DNA of 64,000 bases from Octopus sinensis (GCF_006345805.1 NC_042997.1:78430001-78494000), one strand, 5' to 3'; shown: positions 13,905-26,280, numbered from the stretch's first letter. Made by a program: numbers and translations. Notes: a model not told the origin generated them from the sequence alone.

Positions 13905-14258
13905 ATATCTGATTGGAAGTGTTTTCATTGGTTATGCTATATCTGATTGGAAGTGTTACTATGTACATGTTATGTCTTCGTGTAAAAGATGGGCTACAGA
14001 AAATATTCTGCTCAATACCACAGACTAACTTGACAGTTACATGACCTTCACCAGTTGAGCATGTCCTTTAGTTGCTGGGGATACATGCATCTCCGATCAT
14101 GAGCAGGAATTATGAGGGAGCATTATTGCCATGAGATGAAATGGTTTCTTTGAGGTTTCACCACTGGAAACATGGATGTTTCGTTCATCATCCTTAAACA
14201 ACCCTTCTGAGCATATTGCTCACATGTAGTTGTCATGCATATGCCTGGTGTAATCTTG
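13905..14258 (+). mobile_element. Non-coding dispersed repeat of about 530 bp, copy 2 (internally deleted)
   Basis: Same motifs as copies 1 and 3, more diverged, cut by (GAA)n. Confidence 0.8.
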
Positions 14259-14527
14259 GAAGAAGAAGACGAAGAAGAAGAAGAAGAAGAAGAAGAAGAA
14301 AAGAAGAAGAAGAAGAAGAAGAAGAAGAAGAAGAAGAGAAGAAGAAGAAGAGAAGAAGAAGAAGAAGAAGAAGAAGAAGAAGAAGAAGAAGAAGAAGAAG
14401 AAGAAGAAGGAGACGAGGAAGAAGAAGTAGAAGAAGAAGAACAAGAAAGAGAAGAAGAAAAGAAGAAGAAGAAGAAGAAGAAGAAGAAGAAGAAGAAGAA
14501 GAAGAAGAAGAAGAAGAAGAAGAAGAA
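14258..14527 (+). repeat. (GAA)n microsatellite
   Basis: Directly visible; source of poly-E/K/R ORFs. Confidence 0.98.
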
Positions 14528-14528
14528 T

Positions 14529-14699
14529 TTCTAAAGGCTCAAGTCTTGAAATTTTAGGAGAGGGCACAAATCGATTACTTTGACCCCAGTACTGCACTGG
14601 TAAAAGTCGACCCCGGCAGAATTTGAACACAAAATCTGGACGAAATTCCGCTAAGCATTCTGTCCGGTGTGCTAACGATTCTGCTAGCTCACCACCTTC
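14529..14699 (-). mobile_element. SINE family A
   Basis: Reverse complement reads ggtggtgagctagcagaatcgttagcacaccgg...gttcaaattctgccgggg; A/B-box-like head. Confidence 0.85.
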
Positions 14700-14700
14700 A

Positions 14701-14703
14701 GTA

Positions 14704-14790
<87 letters not shown>
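14701..14790 (+). repeat. (AAT)n(AGT)n microsatellite
   Basis: Directly visible. Confidence 0.97.
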
Positions 14791-15314
14791 AATGCCCTGA
14801 TATAGTACCAGGCAGTGGCTCTCATGGTTTCTGATCTTAACTGACTGGAAGTGTTATCATGTACATTGTAGCAAATATTCTGCTCAATACCACACATTTG
14901 CTTGTTAGTTTTTTGACCATAAGCAGTTGAGGAAGTCCCTTAGTAGCTGACGATATGTGCATCTCTGATAACGAGCAGAAGTAGTGGGGGATCATTACAG
15001 CCATGTCTTGAGAGGAATTCTTTGGGGTTTGAATAATTTGTTTTTGGAAATATGTTTCGTTCAACATCCTTAAACAACCCTTATTCAGAGACCTTTTGAG
15101 CGAGATAGGCTACTCGGCATGAAGAAAATTCTAATTGGGCCCCACTTGCATGGTCATGCGCCTGTTTATCTTGATAAAAGATCACCCTGTCGCACACATA
15201 TGGTCGTGATGCATGTGGCTGGTGTACCCTTATCAGACGCGTGTTTATGATGGGAATACTGGGCTTCGTATATTTTACCCCAGTGTCTCTTTGATGGCAT
15301 GCACTCTCTCCCTC
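14790..15314 (+). mobile_element. Non-coding dispersed repeat of about 530 bp, copy 3 (most complete), followed by (AAT)n 15315-15387
   Basis: Begins aaatgccctgatatagtaccaggcagtggc, ends gcactctctccctc then (AAT)n. Confidence 0.88.
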
Positions 15315-15387
<73 letters not shown>

Positions 15388-16602
15388 TTTTTATTAAATA
15401 CAGTAAAATACAAAGCATATTAGCAAAATTGTGCGTGTTTATACACACATATACATAGGTACATATACATACATACATACATACATACATACATACACGC
15501 GTGGAAATATCTGTCTATATATATATCTGCTTATATGCAAACGTGTGTGTTTGGATATATATGTGCATCTGTGTTCATATATACATCTATATATAGATGT
15601 GTGTACGTATGCGTATGTGTGCAGGAAATTATACGCAATGTAGATGAAAACATTTACATCCAATTATACATATATATATTACCATCATAATCATTATAAG
15701 CTTATGCATGGCTAATAAACAACATACGTAGGCAGGCATATGCGTAGGACACTCGAGTGATAAATATTTCCAATTATAGAAATCTATTTACATGGTAATA
15801 TATTTGATGACGTCACTCAAGAAAGCTTTGGCTTGAGAAGTATATGAATCGCATCGTTTTACCATACGATTAGTGCTAATACGATAGATAAGAATTCTTT
15901 TCTTCTCAAAAACAAACATTATTCCATATGTAGAAATACATAATAACAAATACGTGTTGAATGAAAAGAAAAACAAAAGAGAAGCAGGAAAATAGTAGTA
16001 TTACAGCCGTGTTAACAAGTCGCTTGGTCTATCAACAAACTCTATTATGCTTCCTGTACGCGAGGAAGTCAGTGAAAATGGATGACAAAAATTTTCTGTT
16101 GAATTCTTCACTATTAAATTTGATACATAATTGTATTTTTCAGTTCACATCCTGCCTTGTATCCTTCTTCGATTTATAAAAGAAGCAATAACGTATTTGG
16201 TATTAGCTCAGTTAATCCTCTTTCTTGTCTATAGCTCTTGCTTTTTGCCGAATTAAACATAATTAATATGTCATTTAACGTTGTTTTAAAGTCCCAGAAT
16301 TTAATCATGAAAATTAGTCTGAATCAAAGATTTAAGTCACTGTCAAAACCATCTCACTTCTCTTTTTTTTTCTGTATTATTGTCAGCCTTTTTAATTAGA
16401 ATGTCATCTATTTCAAATATCCTGACTAAACCTAAAATATTCGTGTATATTAGCTTACTATTTTCTCATGGGTGAACTTTTGAGTATTTATCTAATTTGA
16501 TAAATAACGGTGAGGAAAAGGTATAAAATACCAACGCCAGAAACGTAAGATTTAGGTTAGTATGTTTAGGGTTAGTATGTGTTCGGATGTATGTGTGTAT
16601 TT

Positions 16603-16722
16603 GTATGTTGTGTATGTGTGTGTGTGTGTGTGTGGTGTGTGTGTGTGTGTGTGTGTGTGTTTGTGTGTGTGTGTTTGTGTGTGTGTGTTGTGAGTGGTAT
16701 GTGTCCGTGTGCGCGCGCGTGT
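16603..16722 (+). repeat. (GT)n microsatellite
   Basis: Directly visible. Confidence 0.95.
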
Positions 16723-17227
16723 GTATATAACAACAGCACTGTCCTAGATATAGAAACAGTTTTCCATAGTGGGTCCTACTGGAGTTTTGTATAAAATCAA
16801 CAGTCAACACAACTGAACTAGTTTCTGGTCCTGAGTGCATTTTTCCCTATGTAATGTGGGATGGCATTGAAACATAATCGTTGATTGTGAGGCCTAGCAA
16901 TCGTAGCGACTTTGAGGGTGAGGTACAATATTGTATTCATAATATGAACAGTGATAGTATGTCTGTGCTGATGAAAGAGATGAGACTACTGTGGCCCCAT
17001 TGCAGGATGTTTTCAAAGTGCTTGACTTGCCTCCAATGCCTTACTTGTATATGAGAGACATGTATGTTTATCGGGTAATATTAGATAAATGAATATTCCC
17101 AAAAGATATATCATGGAATTCAGTCATTAATATTTAAAATGTGAGGCAAATTGTTAATTGTGGCTGTTGTGTACCGTTCCTTACCACATATCTAATTAAC
17201 TCAACTACGGTATCTAAAACATATATA

Positions 17228-17459
17228 AGGCGGCGAGCTGGCAGAAGCGTTAGCACGCCGGGCGATATGCTTTGCGGTATTTCGTCTGCCGTTACACTGT
17301 GAGTTCAAATTCCGCCGAGGTCGACTTTGCCTTTCATCCTTTCAGGGTCGATAAATTAAGCACCAGTTACGCACTGGGGTCGATGTAATCGACTTAATAC
17401 CTATGTCTGTCCTTGTTGGTCCCCTCTATGTTTAGCCCCTTGTGGGTAATAAAGAAATA
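17228..17459 (+). mobile_element. Full-length SINE family A with 19-bp target-site duplication
   Basis: aggcggcgagctggcagaagcgttagc...gagttcaaattccgccgagg; ggtatctaaaacatatata at 17209-17227 and again from 17460. Confidence 0.92.
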
Positions 17460-17468
17460 GGTATCTAA

Positions 17469-17519
<51 letters not shown>

Positions 17520-17769
17520 TTCGTTTTGGGATTTGGTTTGCAAGATTCTTTATGTGATTTCGTGTCTTGAAGAAAAAATAAAGAAGTAAATGAGTGGAAA
17601 CTGAACCGGTGAGTTTGTTAAATAATAAGGTACAAAAAGAGAATGACACAACAATATATATGACACAACAATATATATGCGTGTGTGTGTGTTAAAAATA
17701 TATTCCTCAATTTCCTAATAATTAAAACAATCGCATAACTTTCTCTGAACAATTAAGCACCACCTTGAA

Positions 17770-17912
17770 GGATTTTAGTCGAAGAAATCGACCTCAGTAT
17801 ATATTCTTTGTAAGCCTAGTACTTAATCTATTTGCTGAACTGATAAGTTACGAGTACATAAACACACCAATAGATTGTCAAACGATTGATGAGGGGGGAC
17901 AGACGCACGCGT

Positions 17913-17945
<33 letters not shown>

Positions 17946-18103
17946 CGAAGTTCTTTCAGTTTCATTCCAAATCCACTCACAAGGCTTTCGTCGGCCCGGA
18001 GATATAGTAGAAGATACTTGCCTAAGGTGGCACGCAGTGGAACTGAACCCGGAACAATGTGGTTGGGAAGCAAGCTTCTTACCACACAGCCACGCCTGCG
18101 CCT
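17770..18103 (-). mobile_element. tRNA-derived SINE, family B, with internal microsatellite
   Basis: Reverse complement aggcgcaggcgtggctgtgtggtaagaagcttgcttcccaaccac...gggttcagttccactgcg; shared with 30826, 31220, 59385 and 59968. Confidence 0.9.
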
Positions 18104-18639
18104 ATGCAGTTACCGTGTTTAAAACACGGTAAATGCATACCGGATAAATAGTGGTAAAATCTCTTGAATTCGAATCACCCTTTTATTCATGACATGTGAA
18201 TATGAAGGTTTTAACTATCGATAGTTTATAACAGAAAATATAGAATTGCTACCGTTCAATATCGATTCACTCTCATAAATCAAATATAACCTTCTACAAA
18301 ATTACTTAATTCCTTTTACTTAGGTAAAAGATAAACCCTGTATATATATATACTATGGAGAAGGTTCCAAACACTAATACTTTAATAAATTTATTGAGAA
18401 GGATTGCCCCAAAATCGGTATCTAGATTCTTTGTTCCATGAGTTTAGCGGCATAAATGTTCATCCACTTGGACTCTTATATGTTTAATATCAGTTCAGTT
18501 AAGACTACATCTAAAATGCCTGCTTTTACGCAAATGGTAGAAAAGATTTATTCTATCTGGTCTTTATTTATAATTTGTTATTATTTCTTCAGTCGCTCCC
18601 TCAAAATCTCTCTCTCTCCTCTCTCTCTCTCTCTCCCTC

Positions 18640-18682
<43 letters not shown>

Positions 18683-20439
18683 CCTTGATTCTTATCACCC
18701 ACTCTTTATTTTCACCCTGAAGCTTTTACTCTTGAGATTTCTTTTGTTTCACTTTCTAATGTTTGTTAATAAAATCTACGTAGATTCAGTTTATATACAA
18801 TGAAACTAAACTAGTTTCTCAATTGGGCGTAGGTGGTTAAATCTTCATGTCAAGGGTCGTGTCCGGCTAGAAGTGGTCACAATTAGTCTAAAATAAGCAC
18901 CACTCTGTCATATTACTATTGGTCAGCCGATTTTAAAACGTAACTTTAAACCAAACAAGAGCAAAAATTTCTTTTATCATTAATGTCAGATGTTGTGCTA
19001 AACACAGGAAAGGGAAAACTTTGACAGCACTAAAATGAAAGAAGAAATAAACAATTATGAAAGAGGAGTTAATCTGACTATTTGCCAATTTGGCTGAAAT
19101 GTAAATTTGGGTATAAAAGATTATAATATATAATTTCAAATGTTTCCCCATACAATATCATTATTTTATAATTGTTCAGAGAAAATGATGCATTTGTTTT
19201 AATTATTGGGGAACTGTGGGGTATATCTTTGAATATGTGTATATTTGTGTTTGAGACGCCGTAATTGATTAGACATGTGGTAAGGAGCTGTACGCAACAG
19301 CTCCAATTAACAATTTCAGTTCAGTAACTACTCATATACTCAATGACAATTTGTTTTATGTCCAACTATAGAAAAGGAATTGATCTGTCACATTACAACT
19401 CAGCATATATTTTTCACTGGTTACCTATTGATCGATATCAGCTTATGGGTCATTTTCAATCACTGACGGGTCTAATTGTTGTTCTTGATTCCCATCAACT
19501 TCTTAGTTGCATTTTTTTTTAATACTAGAAAACATCAACCTGGAATACAGAGGCACGGTATACAGAAGCCGGTTTGCCAAATGTAAACTTCTCTAATGGA
19601 AAAAGGATATATATATATATATATATGATGCAAACAGGAAAAATAGAACTCAAAATATGACCATATGTATATTTTTATTGATATTTAGCAGAAGCAACAA
19701 AGTGACTTGATAAGTGCTAACACACGAAACTCTCGGACCTTCCGTCACACTGTTACTTCTGCTAAATATCACTTTACACACACACACACTCACACACACA
19801 CGAACAGACACACACAGCACATCTCTATGCGCAACCCTATAAACGTTCTCAAATTTGACCAAGTTTAAAAGGTTAATGCTTATTCAAGTTTAAACTCTTC
19901 TTAAACTGGTCGAGTCCGAGTTTTGGTTCTGTTGTAAATGAAGACATTTTACTTACGCTATAGGTGTTAATAAGAAAAGAATGAACGTCATATCATCTTT
20001 GTTCATGGAATGGATGCAGGATCGCAGGATTACCATCTGAAAATACAGGCTTATTTTTATGTTTAAAGTACACTAATGTGAATTGTAGAAAGTCAATGAG
20101 AATTGAATTCACGGCAGTATTCATTTTTAGTTTTAGCCATATCATTCAGTTTGTTGCCATATCATAACAACACTTTTGGAAAAGGGTCGAACACCACTTT
20201 CATTTCATTGACTAGGTTATTTTTTATCGAATAACAATTGAGTTGTTTTTACTGAATAGTTAGCTCGAATACAGAAAGACTGTGAACCTGCATACAGATA
20301 TACCTGAGTATTACAGATACAGAGTTATAGGTTTCTACATATAACCACATCTACGTATTACGGTTGTATATTAAATATTAATTTGTATGTGTTACAAGAT
20401 AAAAAGAGAGTAGTGGCGTATACGACGTTCGTACATTCT

Positions 20440-21490
20440 CTCAGATCAATGAAGTTGATACCATTTATTTTTCTCTTGAACCTTTGTAAATCCTCATCTG
20501 CATGGAATTCCAGAGGGTTGAAGTTCTGATAAGGAAGAACTGAACATAGTGATAAGTATTGGACTTCATAAAACTGACGGAGGAAAGGGTGATGAGTGAA
20601 TTGGGAATAGCTGAATGAAAATAGTATAAGTCCAATCGACAAAGAAAAGTTGAGGTCATTATAGTAGGAAAGGTAGAGGGAAGAGATCCGCCTGTATATC
20701 AGTGATGTGTCCATGAGCGACTTTATGCCAATTAATCAGGTGGCCGGTTTTTAAAACAGTAGTATGTCCCAGGCTTGAGAACAATATTCCATTATGCACG
20801 TTATCAGAGCTTTAAATAGAATCAATAATTGTTGACGGTTGAAGTATTTTCTTGTCTTGAAAGAAAGGCTAGTCGTTGCGTTGTGGTCATAGCAATGTTC
20901 AAGATTTGCTTCCACAAAGAAGCACATTATTTGAAACAATTTGAGGACTATAGTTGCATGTACCTTAAGATCTAGTAAGAGGGGCTGTGATGATGATTTT
21001 TTATATGAGTTGTGTTAGTGTTTTCTTTTTGAAAGAGATAAGTCGGGGTATTGTTATTGCGGGATGCTTTCGAGATCTTTGTTCATGGAATGGATGCAGG
21101 ATTGCCGTGAGGTATCTAGATTGCAAGTAGATGACGCTTCGTAGGAGAAGATTAGGGAAGAATTAATGGTTGTTTCATCTACTTTAGAGTCGACGTTGTT
21201 GAACGCAACAGCAAGTAAATCATGTATGTACAAAAGAGAGTGAAGGACAAACCCAACCTCCGGATTACATTGGAGTTGCTAGAATGAAGAACAGAAAGAA
21301 ATCCAACAACGCACCGTACAAGAGTGCGATTTAATAGGAAGGTAGGGTCAAAGACATGAAAAACAGCTCTAGCCCATGGGTAGACAATTTCGAAGCAGAT
21401 TTGGATGTCGAACACCATCAAATGTTTTGATGATGTCGAGAGCAACAACAATGGCTTTCACCAACTTTCTCTTAGGCGAAAGTCCACTGG
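20440..21490 (-). mobile_element. Decayed CR1-group (Zenon-like) LINE, RT and C-terminus
   Basis: TFLLNRTL..VVGFLSVLHSSNS..LSFTLF (21179-21451); RKYFNRQQLLILFKALITCIMEYCSQAW (20751-20939); TSTLWNSM and LQRFKRKIN near the 3' end. Confidence 0.7.
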
Positions 21491-21841
21491 TATATAATTT
21501 AGAAAAGTAAATCAACAGTGGATTTCGTTAAGGAGCAAGAAAATGAGAGATTCGAAGTTTTGGAGGACGTCAGTTTTAATGAGTCTTCGCTATTGTCAGA
21601 TATGACGATAAAAGACATGGTCACAGAGATTGCTTTTCTTGGGAATGCAACACATTGTAACGTTGTTTCCAAAGATCAGAATAGATCCCTTCAAAAGGAG
21701 AAGCCTAAAAATATGCATATATGCGAGTTTGTGTTTACACGCATACCTACCTATCTAATTACATACACACACAGAGACACACACATACACACACACGTAT
21801 GCACCCACACACATACACACATATATATACATATGTGTGTG

Positions 21842-21911
<70 letters not shown>

Positions 21912-21917
21912 CATATA

Positions 21918-22565
21918 TACGAGGGATTATCTATAAGAAATATATTTTATTCACTAAGTTTTGCATGTTTACACTTTTACCACCTTCAAAATATTTTCCT
22001 ATTGAAGCAATGATTTAGTCCAGATGCGTTTTCCACTGTTCGAAGCAATCCTGGAATTCTTGCGAAGTGATGCCTTTTAATGCCTCCGTCTTTTTTTTTT
22101 CTTCACTTCTTCCACATCTTCCAAACGTTTTCCTTTGAGGTCTTTTTCATTCGGGGGAATGAAAAAAGTTACTGGGAGCAAGATTGGGTGAATATGGAGG
22201 GTGGATAAACAGGGTTATGATGTTTTTGAGCAAAAACTGCTTCACAACCAAGGCGGTGTGCGAAGGCGCATCGTCGTGATGAAACCACCTCTCGCCGTGT
22301 CTCATAAATGCTTCAGAACTTCCAAGTAAAGTGTCTGGTTAACAGTTTGACCAGGAAGAACATATACTGTGTGGACAATTCGTTTCGCATCGATGAAACA
22401 AATCCGCATTGTCTTGACATTGGACTTCAGTTGACGCACTTGGTGGGGTGAGGGGCGTGTTGATATTGAATGCTTCCATTGACCTGAGTGCTGCTTCGTT
22501 TCCAGGTCGTAGCAGCAGCTTTTGTCACCAGTAATGACCTTCAAAAAAGGTTCGGATCAACTTCC
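21918..22565 (-). mobile_element. Mariner remnant (3' half, TIR TACGAGGG)
   Basis: KVITGDKSCCYDLETKQ...KSNVKTMRICF...PGQTVNQTLYLEVLKHL; TA-flanked TIR at 21918 next to (GT)n. Confidence 0.85.
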
Positions 22566-23815
22566 AACTATTCTTTCAGTTCATGACATGCATTCTATCG
22601 TGACTGCTTTTGGTCTTCCTCCTTCCTTCCATGTTTTCAGACATTCTTCCACTTTTGTTGACCATTTTTTCGGTTCATCCCACGTTGGACCTTCACTCAC
22701 TTTAGTTGCTGTATCTCTCCCTTCGTGCGTTCGATCCTCTGTCTCGTCGGCAGACTTCTTTTTATTTTTTTTATTTTTTTGGTCTTTGAGTGGTGATTCC
22801 ACCCGTGTTCGCTTTCTATCCTCTTTTTCGTCTGTTCTTTCCTTTTCTTTCTCCTTCACTAACTCGTTGACACTTTCCACATTATCTGTTGTCACGATTT
22901 CCTCTTCCGCTTACAATTCCACATCCTCCTTTTCTAACTCCTCTGTCAAAGCCTCCATTCCTTCCTCCAGTGTTATCGTCTTCTCTTGTATTTCTCTTTG
23001 AGGACACACATCCTTCATGTGCCCTCTGCTCTTACATTTATAACACACTGGAGGTCTCCCCTCCACCACAACTCTCAGTCGTGTCTCGTCGGGGAACACA
23101 ACTCCTCCGGGATGTTATACAAATTTGGCATGGTTATGTGGATTGAAGCTTGCACCGCATAACCCCACCAGTTTTTTTCATTCGACTTTTCCACCTTAGA
23201 TATATCCACGCTCTCTTTGCAGTTGTAGATTATTGCAGCTACTATTCTTTCGGTATCAAGTTCCGGTGGAATTTTGCTTAGTCGTATCCTCACTGCTCTT
23301 TTTCCACAATAACTAGAAAGTAAAACCCATTTTTCCGATCTCAACACTGTCGTTGCGTTCCTCTTCGCTTCGTCTTCATTTTCAAAACGAACGTCTACCG
23401 TAGCGTATTTTCTACCTCTATTGTAGAAGGTAGTTCTTCCTTTAATATTCTCTTTGAGACCACATTCCATGTTCTGTATGTTATAATTTTTTTCTCCGCT
23501 TCTTTCACTTCGTCTTCAGGTGGTGTAACCCTCAGACAATCTCCTTCCTTCTTGAAGCTGTCGCAGTATTTCCTCAAATTTTCCTTCTCGACAATTATTT
23601 CTTCCAACTGTAATTCGTTCGCAGCCAGGCCTTTGCCTGCTGCTCCCGCATAAGTTTGGGCTTGCATACCCAACAAAAAATCCAACAATTCAACACGACG
23701 CAACAGTTCTCAACAACAACAATCAATAAATCCAACTCACAACCGCAAATCCGACAAACCGACACAAACACTTCCAAAGTAGCGAGTCCTGCTAGTTGAG
23801 ATGCCTGTCTAGCCT
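22566..23815 (-). mobile_element. L1/Tx1-like ORF1 (gag-like) with 5' UTR, frameshifted, no ORF2
   Basis: Starts MQAQTYAGAAG (ATG at about 23669); RRM-like middle region (23075-23470); CX2CX4HX4C knuckle CYKCKSRGHMKDVC (22911-23099); charged C-terminal tail. Confidence 0.75.
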
Positions 23816-23862
23816 TCGCAAATATATATATATTTACAGTGAAATCTATTCACTGATCACCG

Positions 23863-24106
23863 TAATTAGAAATATTGAATTTCTAAATGTCACAAAGAGA
23901 CATGAGCGGTGGTGGAGCGATAGAGTGGTTGTATACTGTCAACATAACGTGACAGTCCCGTAAGGGAATTACACCACCGATGCTTCCTAGGGCTAAACAG
24001 CGGTGGTGTAATTCCCTTATGGGACTGTCACGTTATGTTGACAGTATACAACCACTCTACCGCTCATGTCTCTTTGAGACATTTAGAAATTCAATATGTC
24101 TAATTA
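23863..24106. mobile_element. Foldback MITE-like element, near-perfect 244-bp inverted repeat
   Basis: Arms of about 110 bp match as reverse complements with 3 substitutions and one 11-bp indel; 21-nt loop; TA at both ends. Confidence 0.85.
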
Positions 24107-24124
24107 TATATATATATATCATAT

Positions 24125-24340
24125 CATATCAATATTTATAAATCTGAAATGAGAAAGTTTGTTTGTTTGTCTGGGTTTGGCATTGGAACGGGTTAAAGGG
24201 CACTAGATCCCGTTGGATTCGCTCCAAAATTTACAGGGACATGTAAAATGAGGTGTGGATGTGAGTGGGCTAGGTTAGAAATCCATATCTCAAAAGTTGT
24301 GGTTACTAGGGCAAAAAACCCACACTTTGACATGTCTTTT
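24125..24340 (+). mobile_element. Possible non-autonomous Helitron-like 5' end
   Basis: AT-rich start ...tataaatctgaaatgagaaagtttgtttgtttgtc..., resembling invertebrate non-autonomous Helitron starts; no 3' end found. Confidence 0.3.
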
Positions 24341-24640
24341 TTCGTTACTCTCATTCTCTTATCTGCCTGTCTTCCTCCGTCTCTCTCTTTCCTCCCTTCC
24401 CTTCAATTTCTCTCTATAACGACGTGTGACAGATCAACCATCTTCCCCCGCCACCTTCGCCAGCGCTATCACTCTAATTATCACCACCATCACCACACAA
24501 TCATGAGAACAAATATTTGTTCTCATGATTGTGTGGTGGTGGTGGTGGTGGCGATAATTATTGGGTTAATTCATATATGTGTGTGTGTTCTATATATAAA
24601 TATGTATATATAATGTATATATACAAAGTGTATATGTCTG

Positions 24641-24681
<41 letters not shown>

Positions 24682-24726
24682 TGTGTGTGTGTGTGTAATT
24701 TGTATACATTTGTATATATAATGCGT

Positions 24727-24769
<43 letters not shown>

Positions 24770-25804
24770 CTGCGTATATATGTACATATATATATTTAAT
24801 GCGTATATATATACAATATATATATATATATATAATGTGTGCATTATGTGGTCAGTTGAGTTGAAAGTATGCACACCTATGTTAAAAGTGCTGGCGAGTT
24901 TGCATGGCAACTATTTTTTTTCCTCAAATGACCTCTAGGACAAAATTCCTCATCTTATAAAATGTGGCTCGAGTAGACCCAAATGAAATCGAGTTATATT
25001 AACCAAAATGTGAAGGGGGTCTAAATGGGGCTGGAAGGGGACTAAAATTTACAGGAGAGGGTGTTTAGGAATTCTCTGTTACAGCAAGCTAAAGAAATTG
25101 CGCCAGCCTTTAAATCGTCAATGTGTTGCTGTCCATGATGAAGAAGTTTTGAATGCTTGCCATGGTGAGTCTACTCTCGTGAGAAAGAATCACTTTAAAA
25201 CTTGGTGTTTAGGAATTTTCTTTAACATGAAGTTCAAAATTTTAGCCCAGACGTTAAACTACCACTATGTTGCTGTCTGTCATTAAGAAATGCCAGCCAT
25301 GGTGAGCCTACTATCCTCAGATTCTATCCCTTCAAACTTTGGTGTCTAATTTTTTTTTTATTTATATTCAGCTCGCAAGTTCGTCTGTTCCTTTTAAATG
25401 TTAGTGCCTTGAAGCAGACCTTTCTGTTGTCACTGCCTGATATTTATGATTGATTTTTCAAAATATTTTGTTTCTCAACTTACTCAAGATCTTTTGTTGT
25501 TTATAAATGGGAGAGAGATAGATAGAGAAAGATAGAGAGTAAGAGAAAGTGAGGGAGAGTCCGAGAGAAAGGAAGAGTAAGAGAGTGGGAAAGTGAGAGA
25601 GAAAGGAGAGAGAAACAAAGAGGGAGAATGTGGTGATAAAAAACAGAAAGGAAGCAACAGATAGTAACAACCACACTCTTACCTGCGCGTAGAGCGGGTC
25701 ACTGTAAGCTAGTATATATATATATATATATGAGAGAGAGAGGGAGAGAGGGAGAGAGGGAGAGAGAGACATATACTTGCATATGTGCGCATACAAGTAG
25801 ACTA

Positions 25805-25915
25805 TGTATGTATGTATGTATGTATGTATGTATGTATGTATGTATGTATGTATGTATGTATGTATTGGATGGATGGATGGATGGATGGATGGATGGATGG
25901 ATGGATGGATGGATG
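25805..25915 (+). repeat. (TATG)n(TGGA)n microsatellite
   Basis: Directly visible. Confidence 0.97.
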
Positions 25916-25929
25916 GGTGGATCTTTATA

Positions 25930-26163
25930 GAATACCCGCATGCCAAAACATGGTAAGCTGGGGCAAATAAAACAACCCCTGTGCAAGGCACGCAAGCGTT
26001 TCAAAGACAATCTTAGAGATACACTTAAAAATATCAATATGAATACTAACACGGGGTATGATTATGTATCAGACAGGTAAACGTGGAAGAATTTAATTGC
26101 CACAGGTTTTTAATTGTTCGAGAACAGTTGGATTGTTGACCTTGAATTGAAATGTGCTGGTAC

Positions 26164-26201
<38 letters not shown>

Positions 26202-26280
26202 CCTTTCGGTTATGCATGACCATGCGATTGCACCTAGAAACTTATCCAACGAAACACAAGTCCAGGCAAGGTTGTTTATG
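25930..26280 (+). mobile_element. RTE-clade LINE 3' fragment
   Basis: RIP....GEL-like region followed by KARKRFKDNLRDTLK, a typical RTE C-terminus. Confidence 0.55.

Noticed and set aside
13400-15320. Repeated units as a CRISPR-like or regularly spaced array
   Set aside because: Units are long, unequal and diverged copies of a dispersed repeat separated by microsatellites, with no constant repeat-spacer period.
16940-17000. Box C/D snoRNA or hammerhead around ctgatga
   Set aside because: No terminal stem with correctly ordered C and D boxes, and no stem II/GAAA.
17228-17320. tRNA genes at SINE heads
   Set aside because: A/B-box-like motifs are present, but there is no complete cloverleaf and each continues into a shared SINE body.
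21518-22018. 166-aa ORF with a unique-looking N-terminus
   Set aside because: It runs through (CA)/(GT) repeats into a mariner TIR and has no recognisable domain.
24880-25400. Possible DNA transposon with an internal duplication (gccatggtgag.ctact x2)
   Set aside because: No TIRs, TSD or coding remnant could be defined.
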